Assembly: GCA_963633165.1 (NCBI GenBank)
Contig: CAVGXP010000021.1
Span: 1,496-65,495 of the forward strand
Length of the DNA stretch: 64,000 nt
Direction of reading: 5' to 3'
Source of the DNA: a bacterium
GTDB lineage: Bacteria > Bacillota_I > Bacilli_A > RFN20 > CAG-826
Shown here: positions 1 through 7,618 of the stretch, piece after piece
How positions within the stretch are numbered: position 1 is the first letter of the stretch
Layout of the letters: each line of letters begins with the position of its first letter
Position numbers and translations under genes: made by a program
Notes under the pieces: generated by a model
Told to the model about the DNA's origin: nothing
What the model saw: only the letters and a program-made list of their open reading frames with translations
The model's database searches: none

Positions 1-30
1 CGCCTTCTGTTTGATTTCTTCTTTGCTCAT
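1..30 (-). CDS. 5' end of an unidentified CDS (MSKEEIKQKA...), runs out of the window
   Basis: ATG (RC of 28-30) with AGGAG 6 nt upstream (RC of 37-41), directly after the ligase stop. Only 10 codons are visible. Confidence 0.3.
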   Translation of the reverse strand, partial: MSKEEIKQKA

Positions 31-41
31 GGTAATCTCCT

Positions 42-1385
42 TCATTTTCCTAGCATCGAGGGCAATAAGTAACGCATGACTTTGCCCGTTTGGGTCCTTG
101 GCAACGGGCTGGGGAAATAGGCGACTTGGGCAATCTGCTGGGAATAGGGGCAAGTCGCGTTGAAAGAGGTGATCCCTTTCGCGTAATCATCACCCATCTT
201 CGCTTTGCCTAACAGCAGGCCAACCTGGCCTTTCCCGTTTAAGGCAATCGCGAAATCCGAGCCTTCCGGAAGGTAGGACGAAAGCCTCTGTTCGTATTCT
301 GGGCAATAGATTTTGTTCCCATCTTCCAACACCAAGACGTCTTTCTTTCTGCCTTTTAGTCGCAAGCGCCCATTGGAGTCGATTTCCCCTAAATCCCCCG
401 TATGGAGAACTCCTCCATCAAGGGCAAGCGAAGTCGATTCATCGTCTCTATAGTAGCCCTCCATCAAACAGGTCGAGGAAGCAATAAGGACCTCCCCGTC
501 TTCTGCAATGGAAATCTCGTCGTCAGGACAAACCTCCATCAAGCGTGGATCCTCCCCTAGAGAAAGGGCGACGCCGGAGGAGGTTTCGGTGAGTCCATAG
601 CCATAGCTCACCTTTATCCCACATTCCTTAATGGAAGAAATAACTTTGTCCCTGCACTCCCCTGCGCCAATCAAAACCAAGCGCAATTCGGGGTTGAATA
701 GACGGCGGGAAGAAAAGAAAGAGGCCATTTGGGGAACGAAACTCGCCGCCGTTGGATGGAAGGTCTTGAAGTCGTTGAACATCGTCTTCACCCCCGAGGA
801 CAAAGCAACGCTGGCCCCGCAGGAGAAGCCCCAAAGAAGAGAACAGACAAAACCGAAGACGTGGCTTAAAGGCAAGCAAGAATAAAGGATATCCTCTTTT
901 TGCAAAGGAAGCAGGCTGGATCCGTTATAGGCGGAGGCGCACAGACTAGACTGGGTCAAGACCACGGCCTTGCTGCTAGAAGTCGTGCCGGAAGTGAAGA
1001 AAAGAATTTTGCCTTTCGTTAATGGGGCGCGCTTAGAAAGGTAAGGATGCAGACCATCGACGCATTCTTTAGGTCCAAGCAAGAAATCAACGTCTGTGCT
1101 TTGGATTTGATTAATTAAAGTGTCTTTTGGGGAAAGAGGGGAAAGCAAGGCGATCTGAACCCCTTTTGTGGCGTAAGAGAGGATGGCAAGCAGGCTAGAC
1201 AAGGTACCGTCAGCGAAGATGCCAACGCAGCCATGCTCTTCGACAGGGAAATCCTCAATCGCCTTCGCCAAGCAATCGTAGCTCATTGACCGCACTTCCC
1301 CTTCATGGAGGAAAAGCAAGGCGACGTCAGAGCCCGTTTGGGCTTTGATCATCTCCATGAAAGTTGGATAACGGGCAGGTTTCAT
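42..1385 (-). CDS. AMP-dependent synthetase/ligase (acyl-CoA or acyl-carrier ligase family), short 447-aa form
   Basis: ORF track. Adenylate-forming signatures FFTSGTTSSSKAV, YGYGLTE and TGDLGEIDSNGRLRLKGRKKD. Confidence 0.8.
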   Translation of the reverse strand: MKPARYPTFMEMIKAQTGSDVALLFLHEGEVRSMSYDCLAKAIEDFPVEEHGCVGIFADGTLSSLLAILSYATKGVQIALLSPLSPKDTLINQIQSTDVDFLLGPKECVDGLHPYLSKRAPLTKGKILFFTSGTTSSSKAVVLTQSSLCASAYNGSSLLPLQKEDILYSCLPLSHVFGFVCSLLWGFSCGASVALSSGVKTMFNDFKTFHPTAASFVPQMASFFSSRRLFNPELRLVLIGAGECRDKVISSIKECGIKVSYGYGLTETSSGVALSLGEDPRLMEVCPDDEISIAEDGEVLIASSTCLMEGYYRDDESTSLALDGGVLHTGDLGEIDSNGRLRLKGRKKDVLVLEDGNKIYCPEYEQRLSSYLPEGSDFAIALNGKGQVGLLLGKAKMGDDYAKGITSFNATCPYSQQIAQVAYFPSPLPRTQTGKVMRYLLPSMLGK

Positions 1386-1495
1386 AAACTAAGGATAATC
1401 ATAAAGCAATCGATACCGCCATATCGGTATTTTATTCCCATTTTAAAATTTCTTGCTTACAATTGTGGCAAATCGACAACAGGAGGTTGTTTTAA

Positions 1496-2953
1496 ATGGA
1501 TAAGAATATCCGCATCGCAATCATCGGGGCGGGCCCGGCCGGGCTTTCGGCCGCGATGTATCTCGAGAAGAAAGGCTACGAGAACTACGTCATCTACGAA
1601 AGGAGCAACCGCGTCGGCGGCAAGTGCTATTCCCCCACCTTCAACGGCAAGCGTTATGAAATGGGCGCCATCATGGGCGTGCCTAATTACTACGCCGTCC
1701 ACGACATCGAGCTCTTCGCCGGGGTCAGCCACGAGGATGGCCCAAAGCTCTTCCGTTCCTACAAATACCCCGACGGAAGCATCGACTACCGTTGGGATAC
1801 CGAAGACGCGATGAAGAATCCCGCGAAATTCTTCTTCAAGCATCCCAAGGAAGCCCTCCATCTCAAGAAGCTCCAAAAGCAAATAAAGAAATTCGGCGAA
1901 ATCCTCGCGACCAAATATAAAGGCTATGACGTCACCGGCCATATCGGCGTCGCCGAGGGCAAATACGATGGCTACGCGGTGACCCCGGGCAGAGAACATG
2001 TTTCCGGCGAGAACCCCAACTTGAAAGACCTTGCCATGCCGTTCAAGGATTTCTGTGAAATGAACGGCGTCCCCCTCGTCCAGGAAGTCTGGATTCAACC
2101 TTTCACTTCCTTCGGCTATGGCTTCTTCGACGAAATACCTGCTGGATACGTCATCAAATACCTCGACTTCCAGACCATGATGAACTTCGTTAAGCTCAAT
2201 CTCTGGACCTGGAAAGAGGGCACCCAATCGATTTACGAAGCCCTCAACGCCCACTTAAAGCATCAGGCCCTTCTAAATTCGGACGTCTCCAAAGTCGTTC
2301 GCGGCGAGAAGGTCACCTTGACCGTCAACGGGAAAGAGGAGGTGTTCGATAAGATCATCATCACTGCTCCTCTTCAAATCGCCACCGAGAAGAACCCGAT
2401 CAATAACCCCTACGCCGTCTCCTTGGACAAATGGCTCGATGTCAACGAGGAAGAGAGAACCCTTTTCTCCAAAATCGACTATGAACGTTATGACACCCAG
2501 GCCTTCCAAGTCGAAAAGGACAAATACCCCGACGTTTCCTATTACATCGTCGACAACATGGTCCCGGAGAAGATGCCGCACGTCATGATCTACTACCGTC
2601 GCTGGAAGGACGAGGTGGATCAACCGATCGTCTCTTATTCTCTCCGTCACCACAAAACCTATAACGGTGGGAAAGAGCTCCCTTACGAAGGCAACGCCAA
2701 GATCATCACCCAGGATATGAAGGACTTCGATTGCCCAATCCGCGTGGTGGACGGGAAAGAGCAAATCCTCACCCGTTATCAGTCCTACTACTTCCCCCAC
2801 GTCTATTCCGAAGACTACGCCGCGGGATGGTATGACAAAGTCGAGGCGATGCAAGGGAAGAACAACACCTTCTACGCCGGCGAGATCATGTCTTACGGCG
2901 ACATGGACGAAACCGTCGAGTATTCCCACGACCTCGTTGAGAGATTCTTCTAA
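1496..2953 (+). CDS. FAD-dependent oxidoreductase/isomerase, resembling the polyunsaturated fatty-acid (linoleate) isomerase family
   Basis: Rossmann dinucleotide motif IAIIGAGPAGLSAAMYLEKKGY..YER...GGK at the N-terminus. AGGAGG lies 8 nt before the ATG. Blocks YEMGAIMGVP, FGYGFFD..PA.YV.KYLDF.TMM, YFPHV.SEDYAAGWY.KVE.MQG.NTFYAGEIMS match my recollection of the Cutibacterium acnes isomerase. Confidence 0.7.
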   Translation: MDKNIRIAIIGAGPAGLSAAMYLEKKGYENYVIYERSNRVGGKCYSPTFNGKRYEMGAIMGVPNYYAVHDIELFAGVSHEDGPKLFRSYKYPDGSIDYRWDTEDAMKNPAKFFFKHPKEALHLKKLQKQIKKFGEILATKYKGYDVTGHIGVAEGKYDGYAVTPGREHVSGENPNLKDLAMPFKDFCEMNGVPLVQEVWIQPFTSFGYGFFDEIPAGYVIKYLDFQTMMNFVKLNLWTWKEGTQSIYEALNAHLKHQALLNSDVSKVVRGEKVTLTVNGKEEVFDKIIITAPLQIATEKNPINNPYAVSLDKWLDVNEEERTLFSKIDYERYDTQAFQVEKDKYPDVSYYIVDNMVPEKMPHVMIYYRRWKDEVDQPIVSYSLRHHKTYNGGKELPYEGNAKIITQDMKDFDCPIRVVDGKEQILTRYQSYYFPHVYSEDYAAGWYDKVEAMQGKNNTFYAGEIMSYGDMDETVEYSHDLVERFF

Positions 2954-3013
2954 CATTAATCGTTCTAAGGGCGTGACCTCCCACGCCCTTTTCTTTGTAA
3001 GAGAACAGAAAAA

Positions 3014-3055
3014 GGCCCTTTTGCCGGGTTTATGCAGCAAAAGGGCCTGTTTTTA
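3014..3055. terminator. bidirectional intrinsic terminator between the flavoprotein gene and lysS
   Basis: Stem GGCCCTTTTGC (3014-3024) / GCAAAAGGGCC (3037-3047), flanked by an A-run upstream and TGTTTTT downstream. Confidence 0.7.
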
Positions 3056-3068
3056 ATGCTTAAGGAAG

Positions 3069-4550
3069 TTATTTCTCGTCCTTCATCGTGGGGAAGAGGA
3101 TGACTTCGCGGATGTTGTCTTGCTCGCCAAGAAGCATGCAGATGCGGTCGATTCCGCACCCAATTCCGCCCGCCGGGGGCATGCCGTAATCCAAAGCGTC
3201 GATGAAGGTGAAGTCGATGTCGGCGGCCTCTTCGTCCCCACGCTTACGGGCTTCAAGCTGAGCATCGAAGCGGGACTTCTGATCGAAGGGGTTGTTGAGC
3301 TCGCTATAGGCGTTGCCGATTTCGCTTCCACCCATGAAGAATTCGAATCTCTCAACGAAGCGGGGATCCTTGCTTCTTTTGGTAAGCGGGGAAACCTCGA
3401 CGGGGTAAGTATGGATGAAGGTCGGCTGGATAAGGGTCTTCTCGACGAATTCGTCGAAGAAGGCATTCATGATATAGCCAACGCTGTTCCAGGATTTCTG
3501 CAAAGGAACGTTGTGTTCCTTAGCCAAAGCGACGGCCTGCTCGTAGGTCATCTGCTCATTGAAATCGATGCCGGTTTGCTCCTTGATGGCCTCGGCCATG
3601 GAGACCCAGCGGAAGCCGTTGGAGAAATCGATGTCATTGCCCATCCAATGGAAGGTCGACTTGCCCACAAGGGCACAAAGCCTTTTGAACAGCCCTTCGA
3701 CCCACTCCTTCATGGAAAGGAGATCACCATAAGCTTGGTAAAGCTCGATGGTGGTGAATTCGGGGTTATGGCGGGTATCGATGCCTTCGTTGCGGAAAAT
3801 CCTGCCGATCTCATAGACCCTGTCGATGCCGCCGACCATGCACTTCTTGAGATTGAGCTCGGTGGCGATGCGGAGATAGAAATCCTTGTCCAAGGCGTTA
3901 TGGTGGGTCACGAAAGGACGCGCGCTGGCTCCGCCAAGAATCGGAGAAAGAATCGGGGTTTCAACTTCCACAAAGCCAAGAGAATCGCAGTAATGTTGAA
4001 TTTCCCTGACGATCTTTGGTCTAAGCAAGGCCATTTTGCGGGAATCGTCGTTGACAATGAGGTCAACATAGCGATGACGGTAACGGTCTTCGGTATCGGT
4101 TAAGCCATGGAATTTCTCCGGAAGGGGCTTAAGGCATTTGACGATGTGGGTGTATTTGGTGCAGCGGATGGTGAATTCACCGGTCTGAGTCTTCATCAAG
4201 GTGCCCTGAACGCCAGCGATGTCACCCAAGTCCGATAATTTGAAAACGGTATAGTTCTCTTCCCCGGCGACGTCGCGGCCGATCCAAACCTGAATCCTGC
4301 CGTATTCGTCCTTCAAATTGAAGAAGGCGGCTTTGCCCATCTTGCGCAAGGAGACGATTCTCCCGGCGATATCGACCTCGATTTGCTTGCTTTCGAGTTC
4401 TTCAGGGGTGAGCTCCCCATATTTTTCACGCAGATCGCAGATGCGGTCCTTCCAATCATAACGAGAGCCAAAAGGGTCGATGCCAAGTTCTTCGTAACGA
4501 GGTAGCTTCGCGCGCCTGGCCTGTTCCTGGTCTGTGAGTTTCTCTTCCAT
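3069..4550 (-). CDS. lysS: lysine--tRNA ligase, class II
   Basis: 493 aa with full-length class II LysRS pattern (N-terminal OB fold, FRNEGID.RHNPEFT, GGIG.GIDR.. C-terminus). GGAGGA RBS. Confidence 0.95.
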   Translation of the reverse strand: MEEKLTDQEQARRAKLPRYEELGIDPFGSRYDWKDRICDLREKYGELTPEELESKQIEVDIAGRIVSLRKMGKAAFFNLKDEYGRIQVWIGRDVAGEENYTVFKLSDLGDIAGVQGTLMKTQTGEFTIRCTKYTHIVKCLKPLPEKFHGLTDTEDRYRHRYVDLIVNDDSRKMALLRPKIVREIQHYCDSLGFVEVETPILSPILGGASARPFVTHHNALDKDFYLRIATELNLKKCMVGGIDRVYEIGRIFRNEGIDTRHNPEFTTIELYQAYGDLLSMKEWVEGLFKRLCALVGKSTFHWMGNDIDFSNGFRWVSMAEAIKEQTGIDFNEQMTYEQAVALAKEHNVPLQKSWNSVGYIMNAFFDEFVEKTLIQPTFIHTYPVEVSPLTKRSKDPRFVERFEFFMGGSEIGNAYSELNNPFDQKSRFDAQLEARKRGDEEAADIDFTFIDALDYGMPPAGGIGCGIDRICMLLGEQDNIREVILFPTMKDEK

Positions 4551-4737
4551 GGTCTTTCCTCCGGAATGCCAAAGTATATTACTCTACGCCACGCCAAAAA
4601 GGAACGCGCGCGAGAAATAGAAACCCTATTATAGCTACAAAATAAGAATTATTCCGCTGCATAAGCAAACAACAACGCCCATAGTCCTCCGCCCTGAGGA
4701 TATGGCAAATGAGCATGGGTTTTGTTAGGATAACCGC

Positions 4738-6132
4738 ATGGATTTTTGGAACTGGGTTTTGGATTGGCTATATGGCTTCTTGGGTGTCGACTTAATCGCC
4801 ATAGCCATCCAAAAAGGCGAGGCCATACCCGCTCAGGCATATGTTCAGCTCGTTTTCTCTAGCGTCACTTTGATCTTCGGAGTGCTTTCTTGCTACCGCT
4901 TCTTCTACCTTTTGGTGGGCTTATTCGCCAAGGGCAGGAAGTTTCCGGAGCAAAAGAAAGAGAACAGATACGCCGTCTTGCTTTCCGCCCGTAACGAGCA
5001 AGCGGTCCTTGGTAACCTCATCGATTCCATCAGGGCTCAGGATTATCCTCAAGAGCTCATCGACATCTATGTGGTCGCCGATAACTGCGATCCTAACGAC
5101 AAAACCGCGGAGATCGCTAGAAGCAAAGGCTGCGTCACCTTCGAAAGGCATGATCTAGAGCACGCTAGAAAAGGCTATGCCCTAGAATATCTAACCGCCG
5201 AAATGGCCAAGACGATCAACCTCGAAAAGGATTATTACGCCTATCTCTTCTTCGATTCCGATAACGTTTTAGCCCCCAATTTCATCAGCAAGCTCAATGA
5301 TGCGATGGTTTCTGAAAATTACGATACCTGCATGGGCTACCAAAACGCGAAAAACCTCAACGAAAACTGGGTCGCAGCCATCAACGGCATCAACCTCTAC
5401 CGCAACGCCATGACCGTCCGCCGGCCTCGCTCTGTTCTCCACTCGCCCGCGCAGATCCTCTGCGGCTCTGGATTCGCCCTCCGTTCTTACCTTCTTAAAG
5501 ACGGCTGGAAATCCCATGAAATTGCAGAAGATGGGGAAATCACCGCAAAATTAAATCTATCAGGCGCAAAAATGGGGTATTGCGAGGAAGCCGAATATTA
5601 CGATGAACAGCCCGCAAGCCTCCGCATCAGCTTCCGCCAAAGGCTCCGTTGGTGCAAAGGAAGCCTCATCAATTGGTGGAAATCCGGCCATCGCGTTCTT
5701 TTTTCTTTCCTCAAACGACCAACGTGGCAGAAATACGATTCCTACTGGGATTATTTCCCCTTCGCTCTCTTCTCTTTCATCTGGCCTTTGCTTTACCAAA
5801 TCGTGACTCTCATCATGATGGCATCGACGGGGTTCGCCGTATGGAAAAGCTTCGGCTACTACGTGACCAGCACCTTCGCTGGCATCTACGCTAGCGGCGT
5901 CTTCACCGCCGCCGTAATCCTCATCAGGGAATGGAAAAAGGTCCATTTCGTTTGGTGGCAAGCCATTCTCATCATCTTCCTATGGCCCTTCTACGACATG
6001 GCTGGCATTGTCTTAAACATCGTCTGCTTATTCATGAACGTAACTTGGAAACCAATCCCCCACAACACAGTCGCCGATCCAAAGGATTTGGTAGCCTTCG
6101 AAGAGGCTAAACAAAATAAAGACAAGAGATAA
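4738..6132 (+). CDS. integral-membrane family 2 glycosyltransferase, processive synthase type
   Basis: N-terminal TM segments, a GT2 catalytic core (VLLSARNE, VVADNC, FFDSDN) and a QRLRW (Q-x-x-R-W) motif, followed by about 4 C-terminal TM helices. Confidence 0.8.
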   Translation: MDFWNWVLDWLYGFLGVDLIAIAIQKGEAIPAQAYVQLVFSSVTLIFGVLSCYRFFYLLVGLFAKGRKFPEQKKENRYAVLLSARNEQAVLGNLIDSIRAQDYPQELIDIYVVADNCDPNDKTAEIARSKGCVTFERHDLEHARKGYALEYLTAEMAKTINLEKDYYAYLFFDSDNVLAPNFISKLNDAMVSENYDTCMGYQNAKNLNENWVAAINGINLYRNAMTVRRPRSVLHSPAQILCGSGFALRSYLLKDGWKSHEIAEDGEITAKLNLSGAKMGYCEEAEYYDEQPASLRISFRQRLRWCKGSLINWWKSGHRVLFSFLKRPTWQKYDSYWDYFPFALFSFIWPLLYQIVTLIMMASTGFAVWKSFGYYVTSTFAGIYASGVFTAAVILIREWKKVHFVWWQAILIIFLWPFYDMAGIVLNIVCLFMNVTWKPIPHNTVADPKDLVAFEEAKQNKDKR

Positions 6133-6330
6133 CATCAAAAGCCTTATCTACAAATATTTGTTTGGTGAAGGACTCTAAAAAGCTCAAAGCTATTGTTTTA
6201 ATTGGGTTTTTAATGCGGCCAAACGCCCCTGAATATAGGTAACATTCAAAACGGAAAACGCCAAAAAGACCTCACATAGCATGGCGAAAAATATACGAGC
6301 GGATTAGCTAGAACCTCTTTCAAACCACTA

Positions 6331-7584
6331 TTAGTTTTCCAATTGTTTCAAATTCATTACGTCCTTCCACGTTGCCACGATGGAAGCGACCTTGCTTTTA
6401 TAGAAGGGGTAATCGGGACTGGGGTCTTTGAGAATATCGTAAATGAGATCGGCGATCTCAACGGCTTGCTCTTTGCTGCAGCCCCTGGTCGTCGAAGCGG
6501 CGAAGCCAATGCGGAGACCCGAGGTTTGGTTGGGCTTCAAGGTATCCCCATGGATCATGTTCTTGTTCGTGGTGATCCCCACTTCTTCTAGGCGCGTCTG
6601 GGCTTCTAGACCAGTCAAAGAGAAAGAGACGAGGGTATTGAGCAAGAAAAGATGATTCTCACTCCCCGACACAACACATCCTTTAGATGCAAGCTCATCC
6701 GATGCGGCTTTGGTGTTATCGAGGACTTGCTGCATATACGTTTTGAAAGAAGGCTGCAAATCCTCGAGGAAATTGACTGCTTTAGAGGCGATTATGTGTT
6801 CTAATGGGCCGCCTTGGGTATAAGGGAATACCGCGGATTTGATTGGTTTTATCAAATCCTCGCGATTGGTCATGATGAGCCCTCCCCTAGGGCCGCGGAG
6901 GGTCTTGTGGGTGGTCGTGGTGACCAAATCCGCGTAATCGCAGGGATTTTGGCAAAGCCCCGCGGCGACGATTCCGGCGATATGGGCCATATCTACCATA
7001 AACAGGCAATGCGCGCCTTTTTTGGCGTTATGTTCATCAACGAGTTCCCTCATCTTTTTGAAATCAATCGCATAGGGATAAGCCGAATAGCCCGCAAGAA
7101 GCAAAGCAGGGTCCTCTTCATCGAGCTTTTGGGCGATGATTCCATAATCCAACCTGCCATCATCCCCCAAAGGATAATGGACGAAATTGTAGGTTTGGGC
7201 GGAGAAAGAGACAGGAGAACCATGGGTCAAATGGCCTCCGTCATTCAACGTAAGAGAAAGAACCTTGTCCCCTGGCTTTATCAAAGAATGGTAAGCGGCG
7301 AAATTGGCTTGAGAGCCGGAATGGGGCTGGACGTTGACATAAGCGACGTTAAAGAGTTTCTGGGCCCTTTCCATGGCTAGGGTTTCCACCGCATCGACAT
7401 TGACGCATCCCCCATAATAACGGTGTCCAGGATAGCCTTCCGCGTATTTGGCCATGAAAATCGATGAAGACGCCTCCCTGACATCAACGGAAGGATAGTT
7501 TTCCGAGGCGATCAGTTCGATGCCTCCGTTTTGGCGTTTCTCCTCTTCCTCAAGGAAATGCTGAATCTCTTTATCTGCAATCAT
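6331..7584 (-). CDS. glyA: serine hydroxymethyltransferase
   Basis: 417 aa with IELIASENY, PLP-lysine region TTTTHKTLRGPRGG and full-length SHMT pattern. Confidence 0.95.
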   Translation of the reverse strand: MIADKEIQHFLEEEEKRQNGGIELIASENYPSVDVREASSSIFMAKYAEGYPGHRYYGGCVNVDAVETLAMERAQKLFNVAYVNVQPHSGSQANFAAYHSLIKPGDKVLSLTLNDGGHLTHGSPVSFSAQTYNFVHYPLGDDGRLDYGIIAQKLDEEDPALLLAGYSAYPYAIDFKKMRELVDEHNAKKGAHCLFMVDMAHIAGIVAAGLCQNPCDYADLVTTTTHKTLRGPRGGLIMTNREDLIKPIKSAVFPYTQGGPLEHIIASKAVNFLEDLQPSFKTYMQQVLDNTKAASDELASKGCVVSGSENHLFLLNTLVSFSLTGLEAQTRLEEVGITTNKNMIHGDTLKPNQTSGLRIGFAASTTRGCSKEQAVEIADLIYDILKDPSPDYPFYKSKVASIVATWKDVMNLKQLEN

Positions 7585-7618
7585 AAAAACAATTATAAAA
7601 ACGGAGAAGGAAAATGCA

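Noticed and set aside
1457-3040. 265-aa and 255-aa minus-strand ORFs opposite the FAD-dependent enzyme gene
   Set aside because: The plus-strand frame carries the Rossmann motif and an AGGAGG RBS. The minus-strand frames are shadows.
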